From Gracilinanus agilis (taxonomy: Eukaryota), in assembly GCF_016433145.1 (NCBI RefSeq), contig NC_058130.1, positions 2,547,715 to 2,611,714 on the forward strand: 64,000 nt of DNA. The letters are read 5' to 3'. A model generated the notes under the pieces. The model searched no databases, was not told the origin of the DNA, and saw only the letters and a program-made list of their open reading frames with translations. This document shows, piece after piece, positions 22,966-36,600 of the stretch; the first letter of the stretch is position 1; each line of letters begins with the position of its first letter. The translations under genes and the position numbers were made by a program.

Positions 22966-23096
22966 GCCCTGTGGTTCCTGGAAGCCGGTGGTCAGTCCGG
23001 CCTTTCCGGGTGTAGACGGGCCCAGAGAAAGGCAGCAGTGATGGATGCGTGGGCCTGCACCCTGGCAGCCCCCACAGCCCGGTCACTGCCACAGGT
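22966..23096 (+). ncRNA. SNORA84: H/ACA box snoRNA, orthologue of SNORA84, in IARS1 intron 1
   Basis: 131 nt; hairpin, H box AGAGAA (23024-23029), hairpin, ACA (23091-23093) plus 3 nt; ends GCCCTGTGGTT.CTGGA.GC and CA.AGCCCGGTC.CTG..ACA match recalled human SNORA84, which is hosted by IARS1. Confidence 0.85.
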
Positions 23097-24043
23097 GCTG
23101 GTGCCAGTCGGTGCTCTTTGGGGCCCCCAGAGATGTACTTTGGGCAGAGCCCCTTTTATATGTGGGGAAACTGAGGCAGGGGAGGGGCAAGCAAAGCCCC
23201 TTTTACAGATGGGAAAACTGAGGGGGGTGCAGAAGTAAGATTCGGCCAGCAGCTGGAGTTCCCCCCAGGTCTGCTGACCCCAAAACCATGATTCCACTGC
23301 CTTATGGCGGTTATTGTGAGGGTCAGGAACTGGGGGCGGTGCGGGGTGGCCCAGGCATGAACAGGGCACGACTGAGCTACTAAAGACAGGCCTCTGAGAG
23401 CAGGGATTAGGGAGGGCCAAGAGCCAGGGGAGCACCCAGGGAGTGCCCAGAAGCACCTTCTCAGTGCCCAGGCCAGGCCTCCTCAGGCATGTCTAGGTCT
23501 CCTTGAATTGGTGCTGAAGGGGCAGGCAGAGAGGAAGGCATCACAGGTGAGTGAAGGCCTTCCCACTCATGGCCTCGCTCCTGAAGCTCCTGCAGCAACA
23601 GATCCATTTCACAGATGAGCTGGCATGTGTCCAGCAGGATTTGAACCTGGCTCTCCCTGCCTTGTGTCTGGCATGCCCTGCTCTGGACAGTGCCACTTCT
23701 TGAGCTGAAGTGTCGGCCCTTCAATGCTGTTTCTAGAAAGCCAGGTCTGGTCAGCCCAGCATCTAGGAGCACAGAGCCTAGGGGAGGGAGGAGCAATCGC
23801 GCCTCACCCTTGTTCCCTGTGGAAGCCAGACCTCAGTGCAAGAGCCCCAGGGGGATGGCATTTTGCTTCCTCTGGCTTCCATCTTTGGGTGGCAGCGGGC
23901 CTGGCAGGTGCTCATGGGATCGACCCACTTGGCTGCATTTGTCCTTGGTCAGCCCTGAGACCTGCCAGATGCTGGGCGGGGAGGGAGGGCCTCAGGTTTG
24001 AGGGGACAAGGAGTAACTCGCTGCTTTTCTCCCTAGAGACAAG

Positions 24044-24162
24044 ATGGTCCAGCAGGTCCCGGAAAACATCAGCTTTCCCGCTGAGGAGGAAAAGATCTTG
24101 GCCTTCTGGACCAGCTTTAATTGTTTCCAGGAGTGCCTGAAGCAGTCTAAGCATAGGCCGAG
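24044..24162 (+). CDS. IARS1: IARS1 exon 2 (coding part; exon starts at 24037)
   Basis: [19 protein letters not shown]; AG|gtcagt. Confidence 0.96.
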
Positions 24163-24588
24163 GTCAGTGGGCCAGAGCAGCTGGGGGAACCCTGGGGTCA
24201 CTTGGCTTCCTCTAGGATTGACCGAGAGGCCTTGCTCCCAGAGAGCCTTGGCAGCCCAGCCCTGAGCTTGGATCCGGTCTCTGCCCTGCCCCCAGAGCCC
24301 AGTGGCATCCCCTTGATCATGGCTCTCAGGCCCAGTTTCCCTCCTTCCCCATTGATCTCTGCAGAGCACCCCCTCGCTGCCCGTGCCCTGTGCCCCTTCC
24401 CTCTCTCCCACCTGCAGATCTTTCCTGGGTTCTGTCACATCTTGCCCTTCTTGGGCATTCCTGGGGCCCAAGAATCTGCATCCTGAATGCCAAGTATGTT
24501 CTCTGGGCCACCAGCCTGCTCAGTGACCAGTGCTCACACTCACATGCACACCCATGTACACACATATACACATATGTACACGTGTGCG

Positions 24589-24630
<42 letters not shown>

Positions 24631-27600
24631 TTGGCAGCATTTGTTACCTTTAGAAGTTTCCAGTTCTCTCCCTGATTGGACTGCAAATTCCAGGAGGAGG
24701 GATGGACCAGGCAGGGCCTTTCATGCACACAGAAGGGGGCTGCTTCAGCCCAAGACTTCCTGACTCCAGTCTTGCCTCTGCCCCATTTCCCAGGGATGGG
24801 CCCTACAGCACTTACAAGTGACCTCCTGCTGTCCCCTTTCTATGGCAGATTTACGTTTTACGATGGGCCCCCATTTGCCACCGGGCTTCCCCATTATGGC
24901 CACATCCTTGCTGGGACCATTAAGGACATTGTCACCAGATACGCCCACCAGAGCGGCTTCCACGTGGACAGAAGATTTGGCTGGGACTGCCACGGCTTAC
25001 CTGTGGTAGGTGTCACCTCGCCACGGGGACTGGTCCATCTGCGGTAGGGGGAGCGTCCTGATGGTTTCTGTTGGCCTGACCTTCCCCTTTTTCTGCGTCT
25101 GCACTTTGGGGGCTCTCCTGGCTCCGTGGTGTGTGGGGTTTTGAGGTCTTGAAGAACCCCAGATGGCAGGAAATGGGAATGTGGGAGCCAGACCTGAGTC
25201 TTTGTGGAACTCCTCTTTTCAGGAATACGAGATTGACAAGTCCCTGGGAATCAGAGGCCCCGAGGATGTGGCCAAGATGGGCATCGCTGAGTACAATCGG
25301 CAGTGCCGAGGCATCGTCATGAGATACTCTGCTGAGTGGAAGGTATGGAGAGCTGGGCGTGGTCGGGGGCCTCCTCAGGCCTTGGGTGGGAGGTTTGTTG
25401 CTTTCTGCCCTGCGGGTTGGTGTACACCTTGATGAAGGCATGGTGGTGGCAGCCCCGCTTTGTGGGTGCTCCCCAGACATTGTTCTCTCTGTTCACTCGG
25501 GGCCTGGGGCAACTGATCCAGGGATCCAGAGCTGGTCAGTGTGAAACTAGCCCTTGAACTAGCATCCAGAAAGCTTTTTGCTATGTCTGCCTTCGAAACG
25601 TTTGAAGTGAGAGCAGGAGGTCCCGGTGCCCCAGGAGCTGTAGTCGCCACCCGTAGGTGGGCGGATGCTGAGCTGGGGGAGCTCTCCCAGAGGGTGGCAG
25701 GCTGGTTGCTCCCTGATGCCCTCTTTCCTTGCTCCACCAGGTCACCATCTCCAGGCTGGGCCGCTGGATCGACTTTGAGAATGACTATAAGACCCTGTAT
25801 CCCCAGTTCATGGAGACTGTGTGGTGAGTCAGGGGCTGAGTGGGGAGACCTCGCTCCTCCAAGCTGACCCCAGCATAGCTGCAGGCCCCCACCCACCAGT
25901 GACTGCCACGATGTCCCAGATCTCACAGATGTCACAAACTGGCAGGTGCCATTTTGGTCATTGTGGACCCTTCCTGCCTGGCCTGCTGGACCCCTCATGC
26001 CTGCTTCAGTAATGAGGCTCCAACCTAGTAGGCTGACCCTCTGGATGAGGAGGAGGCCCCTGTAGCTCCAGAAGTGGCAGGGTTGACCCTGGCTGGGCCC
26101 AGGTGTCTGGAAGCCCAGGCCTGTGCTCATCCTTCAATGCTCTTAGCTCCTGTTTTGGGCGTAAACACTCAGAGCATGCTCTCGGGCCAGTGGGGAGAGT
26201 AGGTTCATCCCCACTTGCTCACCAAGTCCAGGCCACCTTCCTTCTCTCTGGGAAAGCTGATGGGCTTCCTGCGCTCCCCAGGTGGGTGTTCCGGCAGCTC
26301 TACGACAAAGGCCTGGTGTACCGTGGCGTGAAGGTGATGCCCTTCTCGACAGCCTGCAACACCCCCCTCTCCAACTTCGAGTCTCACCAGAACTATAAGG
26401 TAGGCCAAGGTCCGGTGGTCACTGCCTGCTCACTGGGCCCCGATGGCCACACAGAGGCTTTCTCAGGACCCTCCCCCAGGGGTCTCTTCCTCTTCCCAGA
26501 TGCCCCCATAGTCATGTGGTACGTGAGTGCCAGGAATGTGGCAGGTAGGCTTGGGGTGAGAGAATAGTCACAGCATGCCCCAGTGTGGGGTAGTTTGGGG
26601 CCCACCCACTTGGGCCCGGAAGTGACCTCTGGCCAGAGGCCCAGACGGTTGGGACGGAGGGCTCGTGCTTATGGAACGTGTGTGCTGAGTGCAAGGGGTC
26701 CTGGGGCCTTTGTTGGCAGAGTTCTTCGCCTGCCTCTGGGCCTTGTCCTTGGGGCCCAGGTTCCTCACACCTCACACCTCACATCCAGAGGCCATCTATT
26801 CTCTAGCTGTTGAGCACGTCATCCGTGTGTGTGTGTGTACGTGGTCAGGAACGTGGCGTATATAAGCCCGGGGGCAGCTTGGAGAGCCTCTGTCGTTCTA
26901 AAGACGTTCCCCCATGCCGGGCTGTAAGAGGAGGGACTCCTCACAGCCCGGGCCCAGGAGCTGGTCCCAGGTGCCCATGCTGCCTGCCCAGCTCGCCTCG
27001 GCTCCAGGCCAGGGTGTTTCTTTGCTCACGTGCCCTTTGCGATTGACCTTTCCCCTCTTTTGCTGCCTGCTGCCTTCAGGGCCCCTTCCAGCCTCCATCT
27101 GCGGAGGCTGTGGGCAGCCGGCCTTTCCTGAGAACTTCGTTCCCTTTGGCTTGATGATTGGGCCAGCTGGCCACGGGTTTGGAGTCTGGCTTTTAGCAGC
27201 TGTTTGCTTAGCAATGCTGGGGGGGGGGGGGGGGGGAGGCCTGCTCTCTGTTCATTCTCCTGTGTGGGAGGGGAGAGGGCTCCAGTTAGGGTAAAAGAGC
27301 GCAAGGGAACATTCCCATGGCTCCCGTGAAATAAGGGGCAACGTCATGCCCACAGCGTCAGGGGAGCAGAGAGGGGAAGGACCTCCCCACTGGGGAGCCA
27401 ATCAGGAGACACTGATGAAGCATTTGCTGTGGGTCAGGCCCCATGCCAAGTCCTGGGGGTACAGAGAAAAGCTAAAGAATGGTCTCTGCCCTCCAGGAGC
27501 TCCTGGTCTAACGGGGGAGACAACACGCAAACAGTGATGTCCAAATGAGCTCTGACTGTGACCCAGGGGAGGTAGTGGACAGAGGGAAGACCCTGGAATT

Positions 27601-30600
27601 AGGGAGGGCTTCCTGGAGAAGGCAGGCTTGCCTGGGAAGAGTTAGAGTTGAGAGCAAACACGTGCGACTGTGGTCAGCGTGAGGGAGCCAGACTTGGCTT
27701 TTTACGTGGGAAGGGTCTTTATTCATCACGTGGCCAATTCCTATAAGTGATAATCCAGATATTATGGACCCTCAACTAGGGCCATTTCCTGGCAGCAACC
27801 TGTGGTTCCTCCTGCCAGGGTGCTGGGGGGGGGTCTGGAGAAGCAGCCTGGAGCTGCTTCCTTAACCCCAAGTACCCCAGAGGCCCAGCTCTGCCAGCCT
27901 GTGCCATCAGCAGACAGGCTCGCACCCCTCGCCTAAGTTTGAACCTCTTCCAGTATGGATCCACGCGAGGCACCTGGGACTTGAGGGCTGGAATGTGTGC
28001 TCAGCCAAGATTCCGCATTGTTTTGGGTCCTTTTAGTCAAGGACTTCGGATTTGTGGGAAAGGACCCAGGAGGGCCGAAGGCCTGTATGACTGGTCTAAG
28101 ATACAGGCCTTGGCTCACATCCCTGAGCTTCATGTGTGTGGAGGCCCCTCGTGGCCTCCACAGCCTGTAAACAGAAGGCAGAAGAAGCTTCTGGGCAGGG
28201 AACGTGCCACATCCTGGGTAGAGTGGGGAAAGCTGGCCCTTGCTCACCCCCTTTGGCTCTGTGGGGTCTGCTGAGTCTCATCCCTTCTGGGAGTCAGTGG
28301 TGGCTTCATTTTCAAGTAGGCACCCCCGTGCCCACCGGTCCTTAGATTGGGGGATGCTCTCCGAATGTCTGCAGTTGTGGCGCGCGCTAAGGAGCTGAGC
28401 TTCCACGGACTGGCTGTGAGCTGGGGGCCAGCTTCAAAGGGAGGGGGAACCAGTCAGAGACCGTAGCTGCCCTGCTGGGGGTGCCTGGAAGAGTCTCTTG
28501 CAGGAAGGACATGGGGGCAGTGAGGACCGATCACATCCGGGCCCCTTTCTCTCCCGAGTCGGGGCCTTGTGCGTGATACATTTATAAAGCTAAGTGTGAA
28601 ACAGAGAGATCCCCGGGCAAGCTTTAGCTTTCTGGGAACGCTTTCCCCGACGACGCACACAAACACACAAACGAGGTGTGATTACGCTGGCTTCTCTCTT
28701 TGGCCCAGACGGCCGCCCTGAGGATTTTCTGTGCTTGTTTGGGGCAGAAACAATAAAAAAGAAGTGCTGAGTTTGCCGCCAAAAAAACAAGATCTGTCCC
28801 TCTTGTTCCTTCTTCGGTTCAGGATGTCCAAGATCCCTCAGTCTTTGTCACTTTCCCTTTGGAGGAAGATGAAACGGTGTCTCTGGTGGCATGGACCACC
28901 ACACCCTGGACTCTGCCCAGTAACCTGGCCCTGTGTGTGAATCCTGACCTCCAGTATGTGAAACTTCGAGGCAAGTATGGGGCGTCCTCACCCCAGAAGC
29001 AGGGCTACTTATCAAAAACCCTAAGGGGGCCAGCTAGATGGCACAGTAGATTGAGAACCAGACCTGGAGACAGGATGTCCTGAGTTTAAATTTGGCTCAG
29101 ACACATCCTTATTCTATGACCCGGGGCGAGACATTTCACCTCTGCTGTCATGAAGACCAGATGAGATATGGGGCAGCTGGGTAGTTCAATGGATAAAGAG
29201 GCAGGCCTGAGGACAGGAGGTCCTGGGTTCAAATTTGGCTTCAGACTTCTTAGCTCTGTGACCCTGGCCAAGTCACTTAATCCCTGTTGTCTAATCCTCA
29301 CTGCTCTTCTGGCTTGAAATGAGTATACAGTCTTGATTCCAAGACAGATGGTAGAGGTTTAAAAGAAAAAAAGACCCCACCGCCAAATTGGCTTCTGGTC
29401 AGTAAGAACCAGTCACAGTGGGCAGCAGCTAAGGTTTGCTGAGCCCTTTGCCAGGTGGCCCTGGTGGGAGGCAGGATTCAGCCCCCCAGGCTTGCTCGGT
29501 GCGTTCTAATATTTGTCGTCGAGACGCTGCCCTCAGAGTACTCAGAGCCATTGATCCATAGGTTCTTATTAAGCACCTACTGTGTGCCACAGAGTGTGAG
29601 AAGGAAGTGGTCCCTGTTAGCTAGTTGCTCCCAGCGCCTTGTGATTCCCTTATCCTTGTGGCACATTCCCACACAAGGGAAGATCAGTGTCTCTGTCAAG
29701 AGGCCCCTTGGAGGTCTGTACTGGGGGCTGCTGAGCCCTCTGTTCCCAGCTCCTGCTCTTTGCTCAGCACAGAGCCCCGGGGCCCGGCCAGGCCAAGGCA
29801 GCCTGCTCCTCTGGAAGCCTTTGGGCCCTGTCATTTGGTTCCCTCCACTTTCCTGGCTGGCTGGCACAGGTCTCCCCTTTCCTCTGCTTCCTGGGTCTGA
29901 TCGAACAGGCTTCTGGGCCCAGGAATGGCCAGTGCGTCCAAATAGATGGTATCCACTAGAGTGAAGACGGGCCCGGCCTTCAAAGGGCCTTTCCCCTAAA
30001 TTCCCTCTCCCGCCTTTGAAGGAGGTCTCGATTTCCCTCTCTTTTCTCGGTCCTGCTGGTTTAAGGGAAGGCCAGTCACTCTTTAGCCTCTCCCCTGCTC
30101 ATGGGGGGCTCAGATCTAGGACTCCTGGGCATCCTGAGCGTACAGCCTGGGAAACTGAGGTCTCATGGGTCTCCTTTCTTCTCCGATGGCACATGTGATG
30201 TTGCTGATTGTGGGGCGGGGCAACATACCAGGGAGAGGCGAGAGCCCTTGGTGTAGAAAGCTAGACTGGGCCCCTGGAGCCCTGAGCACCCAGGGCCAAC
30301 TGACCCAGAAGGCAGCATTACCTGCTTCCAGGCTCAGGCTTATTCCTTCCTCCCCTGAATGTGCCTGAGATCCCTGCTGCTCTGGGGCCTGAGGCTAAGC
30401 AGGAGCCACCTGGCTGTCTGTTGTGCCCATAGCTGACCCCTGATTCCCTTGTCTGGTTTCTCAGATGCAACAGGAAGGGTCCTGATCTTGATGGAAGCCA
30501 GACTGGTGGCCCTGTACAAGTCGGAGAGTGACTATGTGATCCTTGAGAGGTGAGCGGGGAGTCCTTGTGGGTTTGCTAAGGAGCAGCGTCCATCAGGGCC

Positions 30601-33600
30601 GGGCATGGGAGAGTTGGCACTTTCTCAGTGCCCGACGGCCAGCCACCTCTCTGACCCTGCTCACAAACTCACCGTTCCCTTCTAGGTTTCCTGGCATTTC
30701 CCTCAAAGGCAAGCGCTATAAGCCGCTGTTTGAGTATTTTGTTAAGGTAAGGTGGCCCCTGCTTTCTAAGGCCCTTTTCTCCCATTGTTGGAAAATCTCT
30801 GAGCGCCTGCCCTCGGGCCACCGACCAGGGCCTTAGCCCCCAAGCCTCCCCTCCTGCATCTGGGGAGAGCCGCTCTGGGCCTTGCCAGCCCTCTGGCCTG
30901 GGGATCTCCTCCTGCTCATGATGGGTGGGCCATGCCCATGGTCAGCAATTGGGACAGACTCCAGTGGGCAGCCCCATGCAGCCCTGTGCCCTGTTTATTC
31001 TCAGGACAATCAGATTTCAGCCAGCCCCCCTCATATTTCCCTCGTCCCCCCCATGCCCGGTGTGAGGAGGCCAGACCCCCAAGGGCAAACCCTCACCTGA
31101 CAGAGTGGGGTTGGCACCGACTGGGGTATCTCTTTGCCTCCCCACAGTGTAAAGCAGATGGCGCCTTCACTGTGCTCGTGGACGGCTACGTGAAGGGGGA
31201 GGAGGGCACTGGCGTGGTGCACCAGGCACCATACTTTGGAGCTGTGAGTATGAGGGGGAGCATGGGCGACCTCCCCTTGGGGGCACACACTGGGAGCCCC
31301 TCAAGGACAGGGCTGGTGGCTGCCCACCTCTGAATCCCCAGGACCTAGCACAGCATAGGGCCCTAGTAGTGCTGGTTGATCGACTAACAGACAGCAGAGC
31401 CCTCAAGGAATTGAAATCTGAGAGCAGAGGCCACAAGAAGGCCCCTACGAGGTCTCTACCTTCTGGGTACAAGTATGGGTGACAAGCAGGGTTCCTCGCC
31501 CATACGCAGGAGCTTTGCTGAGACCCGCTATTGGAAGGGAGGGGCCAGGCAGGATCACAGGGTGCAAAGGGGAACCGGGGAATGCCCAGGGCATTCAAGA
31601 GAGGGGATCGAGCACTGGCAGGAGGGATGTTAGGAAGACCCTGAGAAATAGTTCCAGGAGAAAAGAAGGGAGCAAACTGCCCAACGAGACCAGGGTGGGC
31701 ATCAGAAGATGGGAAATCAGGGCAGGGGGCCGAGCCCACAGACTGGACTTTAGGAGGAAAAACCAAAGATTAGGGTAGCCCCATTGAGGCAAGTGATCCG
31801 GAGGGGCGCCCACAGAGGAGCATCATCCTGCCCAGGACTGGTTTAACTGTGGAATCAAGGACCCCAGCACTGACGAGGGCATGCCCCACGCCTGGGCAGG
31901 ATAAAAGCCAATAGCCCGACCCTCATCGACCCGCCTGGGCACCCAGCGGGCCGCCTGGCATGGGCAGGCAGGGGAGATGGCTAGCTGACATCCTTCCCAG
32001 GCTGGGCCACCAGGCAGTTTGTTCTTTGAGGAGGCTGTGAGGCATCCCCTGGGGGGCCAGGCGGGCAGCGCCAGCCTAAACCCCCTCGGCCCCCTCCCTC
32101 GGCCCTCCCACTTCACGAATTCCACTCCTGGTGTGTTCTTTCTCAGGACGATTACCGCGTCTGCATGGACTCCAACATCATCCAGAAAGATTCCGTCCCA
32201 GTGTGTCCTGTCGATGCGTCCGGCTGTTTTACCCCTGAGGTCTCTGACTTCGCCGGGCAGTACGTGAAGGTAAGAAGTGGCCAGCTTTGGCTCGTGCCAG
32301 TGGGCTTATTTCTCTTGGCTGACTGGGGGCGTTGGGAGGCTCATTCTCTGGTGTCTGGAGCTTTCTGCAATGGTAGGCCAGAAAGCCCTGGGGGGTGGCC
32401 ATCGTCCACAGAATGTCAGCTTCCCGTGTGTGGAGCCCTCAGTCCTAACGCTCATGGGGTATGAGGCATCCCCATCCCTCTGGGCACATGGCAGAGATCA
32501 GGCCGGTGTCCTTTGAAGCACTGGGGGAGGGGGCTTCCTCAGACTGCCCTTGCCAGGGCTCCCCAGCCTTCTGTGTGCCCACATGCCAGGCCCAAAGAAC
32601 TGGCCGGGAAGGAGACACTCTGGTCTAGCTGAAAGAACCAGGGGTGATATGGAGCAAGATGCTTTGGATAAAAAGGCAGCATGAGCTGTGCCCTCTGGAC
32701 ACGAAGCATTGTAGCCCCTCTCACGGCGAGAGCCTTAGCTTCTGCCTCAGAGCCAGCAGGATGCCAGCCTTCCCAAGTGCTTGGCTGGAGGGGCAAGAGA
32801 CAGGTGGCCATCTTCACGTGGCATGAGACAGCAGAGGAGGTGGGCACACGGAGGAACCTTGGAAGAGTGAGGAGGGGAGGGTGCCCTCACAGGGAGCCTG
32901 GCATGCTGGTGAGGCCGAGGACCCTCGGGGACCCCTGGAAGAGGGAAAGATGAGCCTCGCAGAACTGAGTGGTCAGGCAAACATTGATCGATTGAACCTC
33001 TGGTCAGCATCCAGGGTCCTTGGAGGCCTCGTGCTGCCCCTCTGGGCATTCTCCCTGGGCTCACTCCTTCTGGTTTGGCCCCGTCCATAGTTGGTTTGCT
33101 GCTTGTCTCCCCCATTACAGTGGGAGCTCCTGAGGGCAGGAGCTGCCTTACCTGGCCCATGGTAGGGGTCTAATAAATGTTTGTTGACTGACTGACTGTC
33201 CCACTGAGTTAGTGATCCTTCGGGAGAGAGTAAAGGAATGATTGATCTGGGTCAAGTGAGAAGCTCATTTAGAGAAGAGGCAGCGGCCTAGGACAGGGCA
33301 CATGAGCATCCCCTTGGGGGAGAGGCTGCCCAGTGCCAGAACCTGGATGGGACTGGTCAGATGGGCAAAGGGAGAGTCAGAATAAGGCCGGCTGGTGGGG
33401 CAGGTGCCAGGTAGACCTGAGTACAAATCCAGCCTCTGGCATGCAACAGCTGTGGGATCTTGAGTGAGACTTAGCTAACTGCTCTTAGCCTCAGTCTGCT
33501 CATCTGTAAAATGGAGATGCCAGTAGCCCAGGCCTCCTGGATGCTTGTGAGGATGGAGGGAGACATGTGACAGCCTCTGCAAAGCCCATGCCAGATGTTG

Positions 33601-36600
33601 AGATTGTGGCAGAGGTCTCCTCTCTGCCCATTGCCTGCCTCCCTGGTCCCTTTTCCTGTGGACACCAGCTCCATTGGGCCAGGTGCTGGCTAAGCCTTGG
33701 CTGAGACATTTCTGGGCCCGTCACCTCTCCTCCTGGTCTGCAGGGAGCTGACAGAGAATGGCAGAGGCCTGGTGGCTGGGAGGATGTGGGCACAGGAAGC
33801 GTCCAGGCCAGGGGCGCTGCTAGAACAGGAGTGGGAAAGAATAGGCCTCCTGGAGAGATGGAGCCCTTTCCCCTCCATCCCCCACATTCCCCTAGGCCTT
33901 TTCCTGTACCCCTTGATCTGTAGGCAGAGCCCTGCAGGGGGTGCCAGGCTCTCTGCCACCAGCACTATGGGAGGATTTCACATCATCGCCTGCCTGGGCA
34001 GTCTTTCCCAAAGTTCCCTTCATGCCCAGCCCTGAGCCAGACCGTGGCAGAGCTTGGGCCAGAAAAGGGCCCAGTTGTGGAGATAGTGCCCACAGCTGAA
34101 TGGTTCAGGGGGGCCCAGGCTGGCTATTTCCCATCATCCCTTTAGCATCTCATTTTTCACCACAGGATGCCGATAAGAACATCATCCGGACCGTCAAGGA
34201 GAAAGGCCGACTCCTTCTGGCGGGCACATTCAGTCACAACTACCCTTTCTGCTGGAGGTGAGGCCTGTGCCCCTCGGGCAGCTTCCCTTCCTCCCCCAGG
34301 CTCTGTGACCGACTCTAAGTGAGAGAGGCAGGAGGGAGTCAGGGCACTTGTGGGGGGACCCCAATTGGGAACACGGACCCTGTGGTGTGATGGCCAGAGC
34401 CCAGGTGTGTCCCCACATGGCCTATGATCCTGGGGACACAAGGGGTGCCTGGGGATGAACAGACAGCCCCACTGCAAGTCTGGGCTGCCCTGACCTTCAG
34501 GGCAGCCATCAGGGTTGGTGAGAAGCAGGGCTTGTGCCCGGTATGGCCAGGCCATGTCTGCTCACCCTGTGCCCTGCCCAACACACAGTAAGTGAGTAAT
34601 AAAAGCCTATTGGGGTGTTCACTGACTCATTGGGAGTTAGGGACGGGGAAGTCTTAGGGAAAGGCGGAAGCTGATTCCAAGCCCCCCAAGCTCGGGCCGA
34701 GATCTTCCCCTTTGTGCAGGTCTTAGAGTCTCTGGCCCTCTCGCCTCTTCTGCCATTCATCCCAGCTCCCCAACTTGGCCAGTGTGGGGGTGCTCAGGCT
34801 GCTTGGGGTCCATTGTGTTCTTGGGGGTGCTTTCTGGGGCTCCCTCTACCCCCTCTTCCTAGCCCATTGCTCCAGGCACTCATGAGCAGCCACCTTCCTG
34901 AAGCAGCGGGGCACAGGGAACACTGCCCTAGTTCAGGGGTTTGATCTGCCCCCAGATGTGGTCAGAGGGAGGGGGACAAGTCAAGATGGGCTTCCCAGAG
35001 CCCCAGGATGAGACTGACCAGGCTCCAAAACGGTTGGTTCTCAATCGAGTCAGATCATGGGTTCCGTTCATGTCCTCAGGTCCGACACGCCGCTGATATA
35101 CAAAGCCGTCCCGAGCTGGTTTGTCAGGGTGGAGCACATGGTGGACAAGCTTCTGGAGAACAATGACCACTGTTATTGGTGAGTCCCAGGGCCTAGGCAC
35201 TGCCTCCGGGCCTCTCGTGGAGGCACAAGAGACCCCGTTAGAACCTACGTCATTTGTTCTCTGTCCCGTTTCTCTCTCACACACACATTCGACCCTCTTA
35301 GAATCCTTTGGCAATCATGGCATTGCAGATGTGATGGGAAGGGATGCCACCACCAGCCGGTGCGATGTTTGACCAGTGCTTGTCCAGTGGCTTGTGGCAG
35401 GAGAAAGGGCCGAGCCCACCCCCACTTGGGTTAGGAAGTGTCCTGACTGCAAGGCTCTGAGTCTGCCCATTGGCCCTGGTTGTTGGTGCCCTCTGGAGCA
35501 GAGGGAGCTGGCTCTGCCTAGGGCAGCCCTTCCCAGCCTAGGAGACAACTCTGGGTTCCTCCTACCCTGTGTGTTGTAGACTCCGGGCCCTTCTCCATGC
35601 TGATTGGCCTTCTTGGGATACCCTCCCTCCTATCAGTGCCCATCTGCAACCACGATGCCCAGAAGCAGGCCCGGTGCTGCCCAGGATCTCTTGTGAGGCC
35701 TCCCCTCTGATGGCTCACGGACTCTTGGTCAGCCCTGGTGTGGGCCCAAAGTCCATGAGCAGCAGCTGCAAAGTCACATTCCTCCCCCGTCTTAGACTTC
35801 GAGTGGGTCTTTCTGTGCCTGAGAGCAAGCCCTGGCATTTGTTCCTATTGATTTCCATCTTGTTGGCATTGGGGGCAGTCCTGCCACTTGCCGAGATCCT
35901 TTTGGCAGCCCTTCTGCCAGCATGAAGTGCTCTATTCCCTTGAGGAGCCTGCCTGTGCACCACAGATGGGCCTCAGGGCACAGACCCCTGGGGCCCTCTG
36001 CTATGTCCATAGTGAAGTGACCATCATCTCGGAAATGGCTGCAGTGGCAGGGGTGGGGCCTGGGGGGAGGCCTAAAGTGAGTCCTCAGCAGATCCAAGAA
36101 AGGTGGGAAAAGTCCAGGGAGGGGCATAGGGATACCCGCTGGGCCACTGGCCATCTTTCAGTTTGGTTTTTGGGCCTCCTCTGCCCGAGGTTCTGTCTAA
36201 GCTTGGCTTCCCTTTAGCTCTCTCTTCTGCCCAGCTGCTCTTGCGGGCACCTCATAAGACATCCAGAGCCCACCGATACTTTTCTTCCTCAGCCCCCCAC
36301 TTCTGGACCTGCAGCCCAGGCACCTCTTGTTCTTGGGGTATCTTCTAGCCTCTATCTCTGGGCCTCCGTCCCCTGAAGGGGAAGCTCTTTGAGGGCAGAC
36401 CTGCCTTCCCCCAGAGCCCACTCTGTGACATCAAGAGGTGGCCTCATTCACTCAGCGGCTGCCCGTTGAGCTGCCTGTGGTGGGCCTTTGGAGATTCCTG
36501 CCCAAAGCATGTCTCAGTAGCATGTGCCATCTAGGGGCCCCTTTGAAGGCTCTCCTGAGCCCGAGTCAGCCTCCCTCCTACTGCTGCATGCCCAAGCTGG

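Larger units (their letters stand above)
28971..30464 (+). other. IARS1: GC-AG intron 7 of IARS1
   Basis: GAG|GCAAGT gives the 148-nt, phase-1 exon needed to join exon 8 in frame; the nearest GT (28975) would shift the frame. Confidence 0.85.

Noticed and set aside
28752-28757. Intronic AATAAA 66 nt upstream of IARS1 exon 7
   Set aside because: It is part of a simple A-run with no clear downstream GU element and no linked acceptor/stop; chance occurrence is likely.
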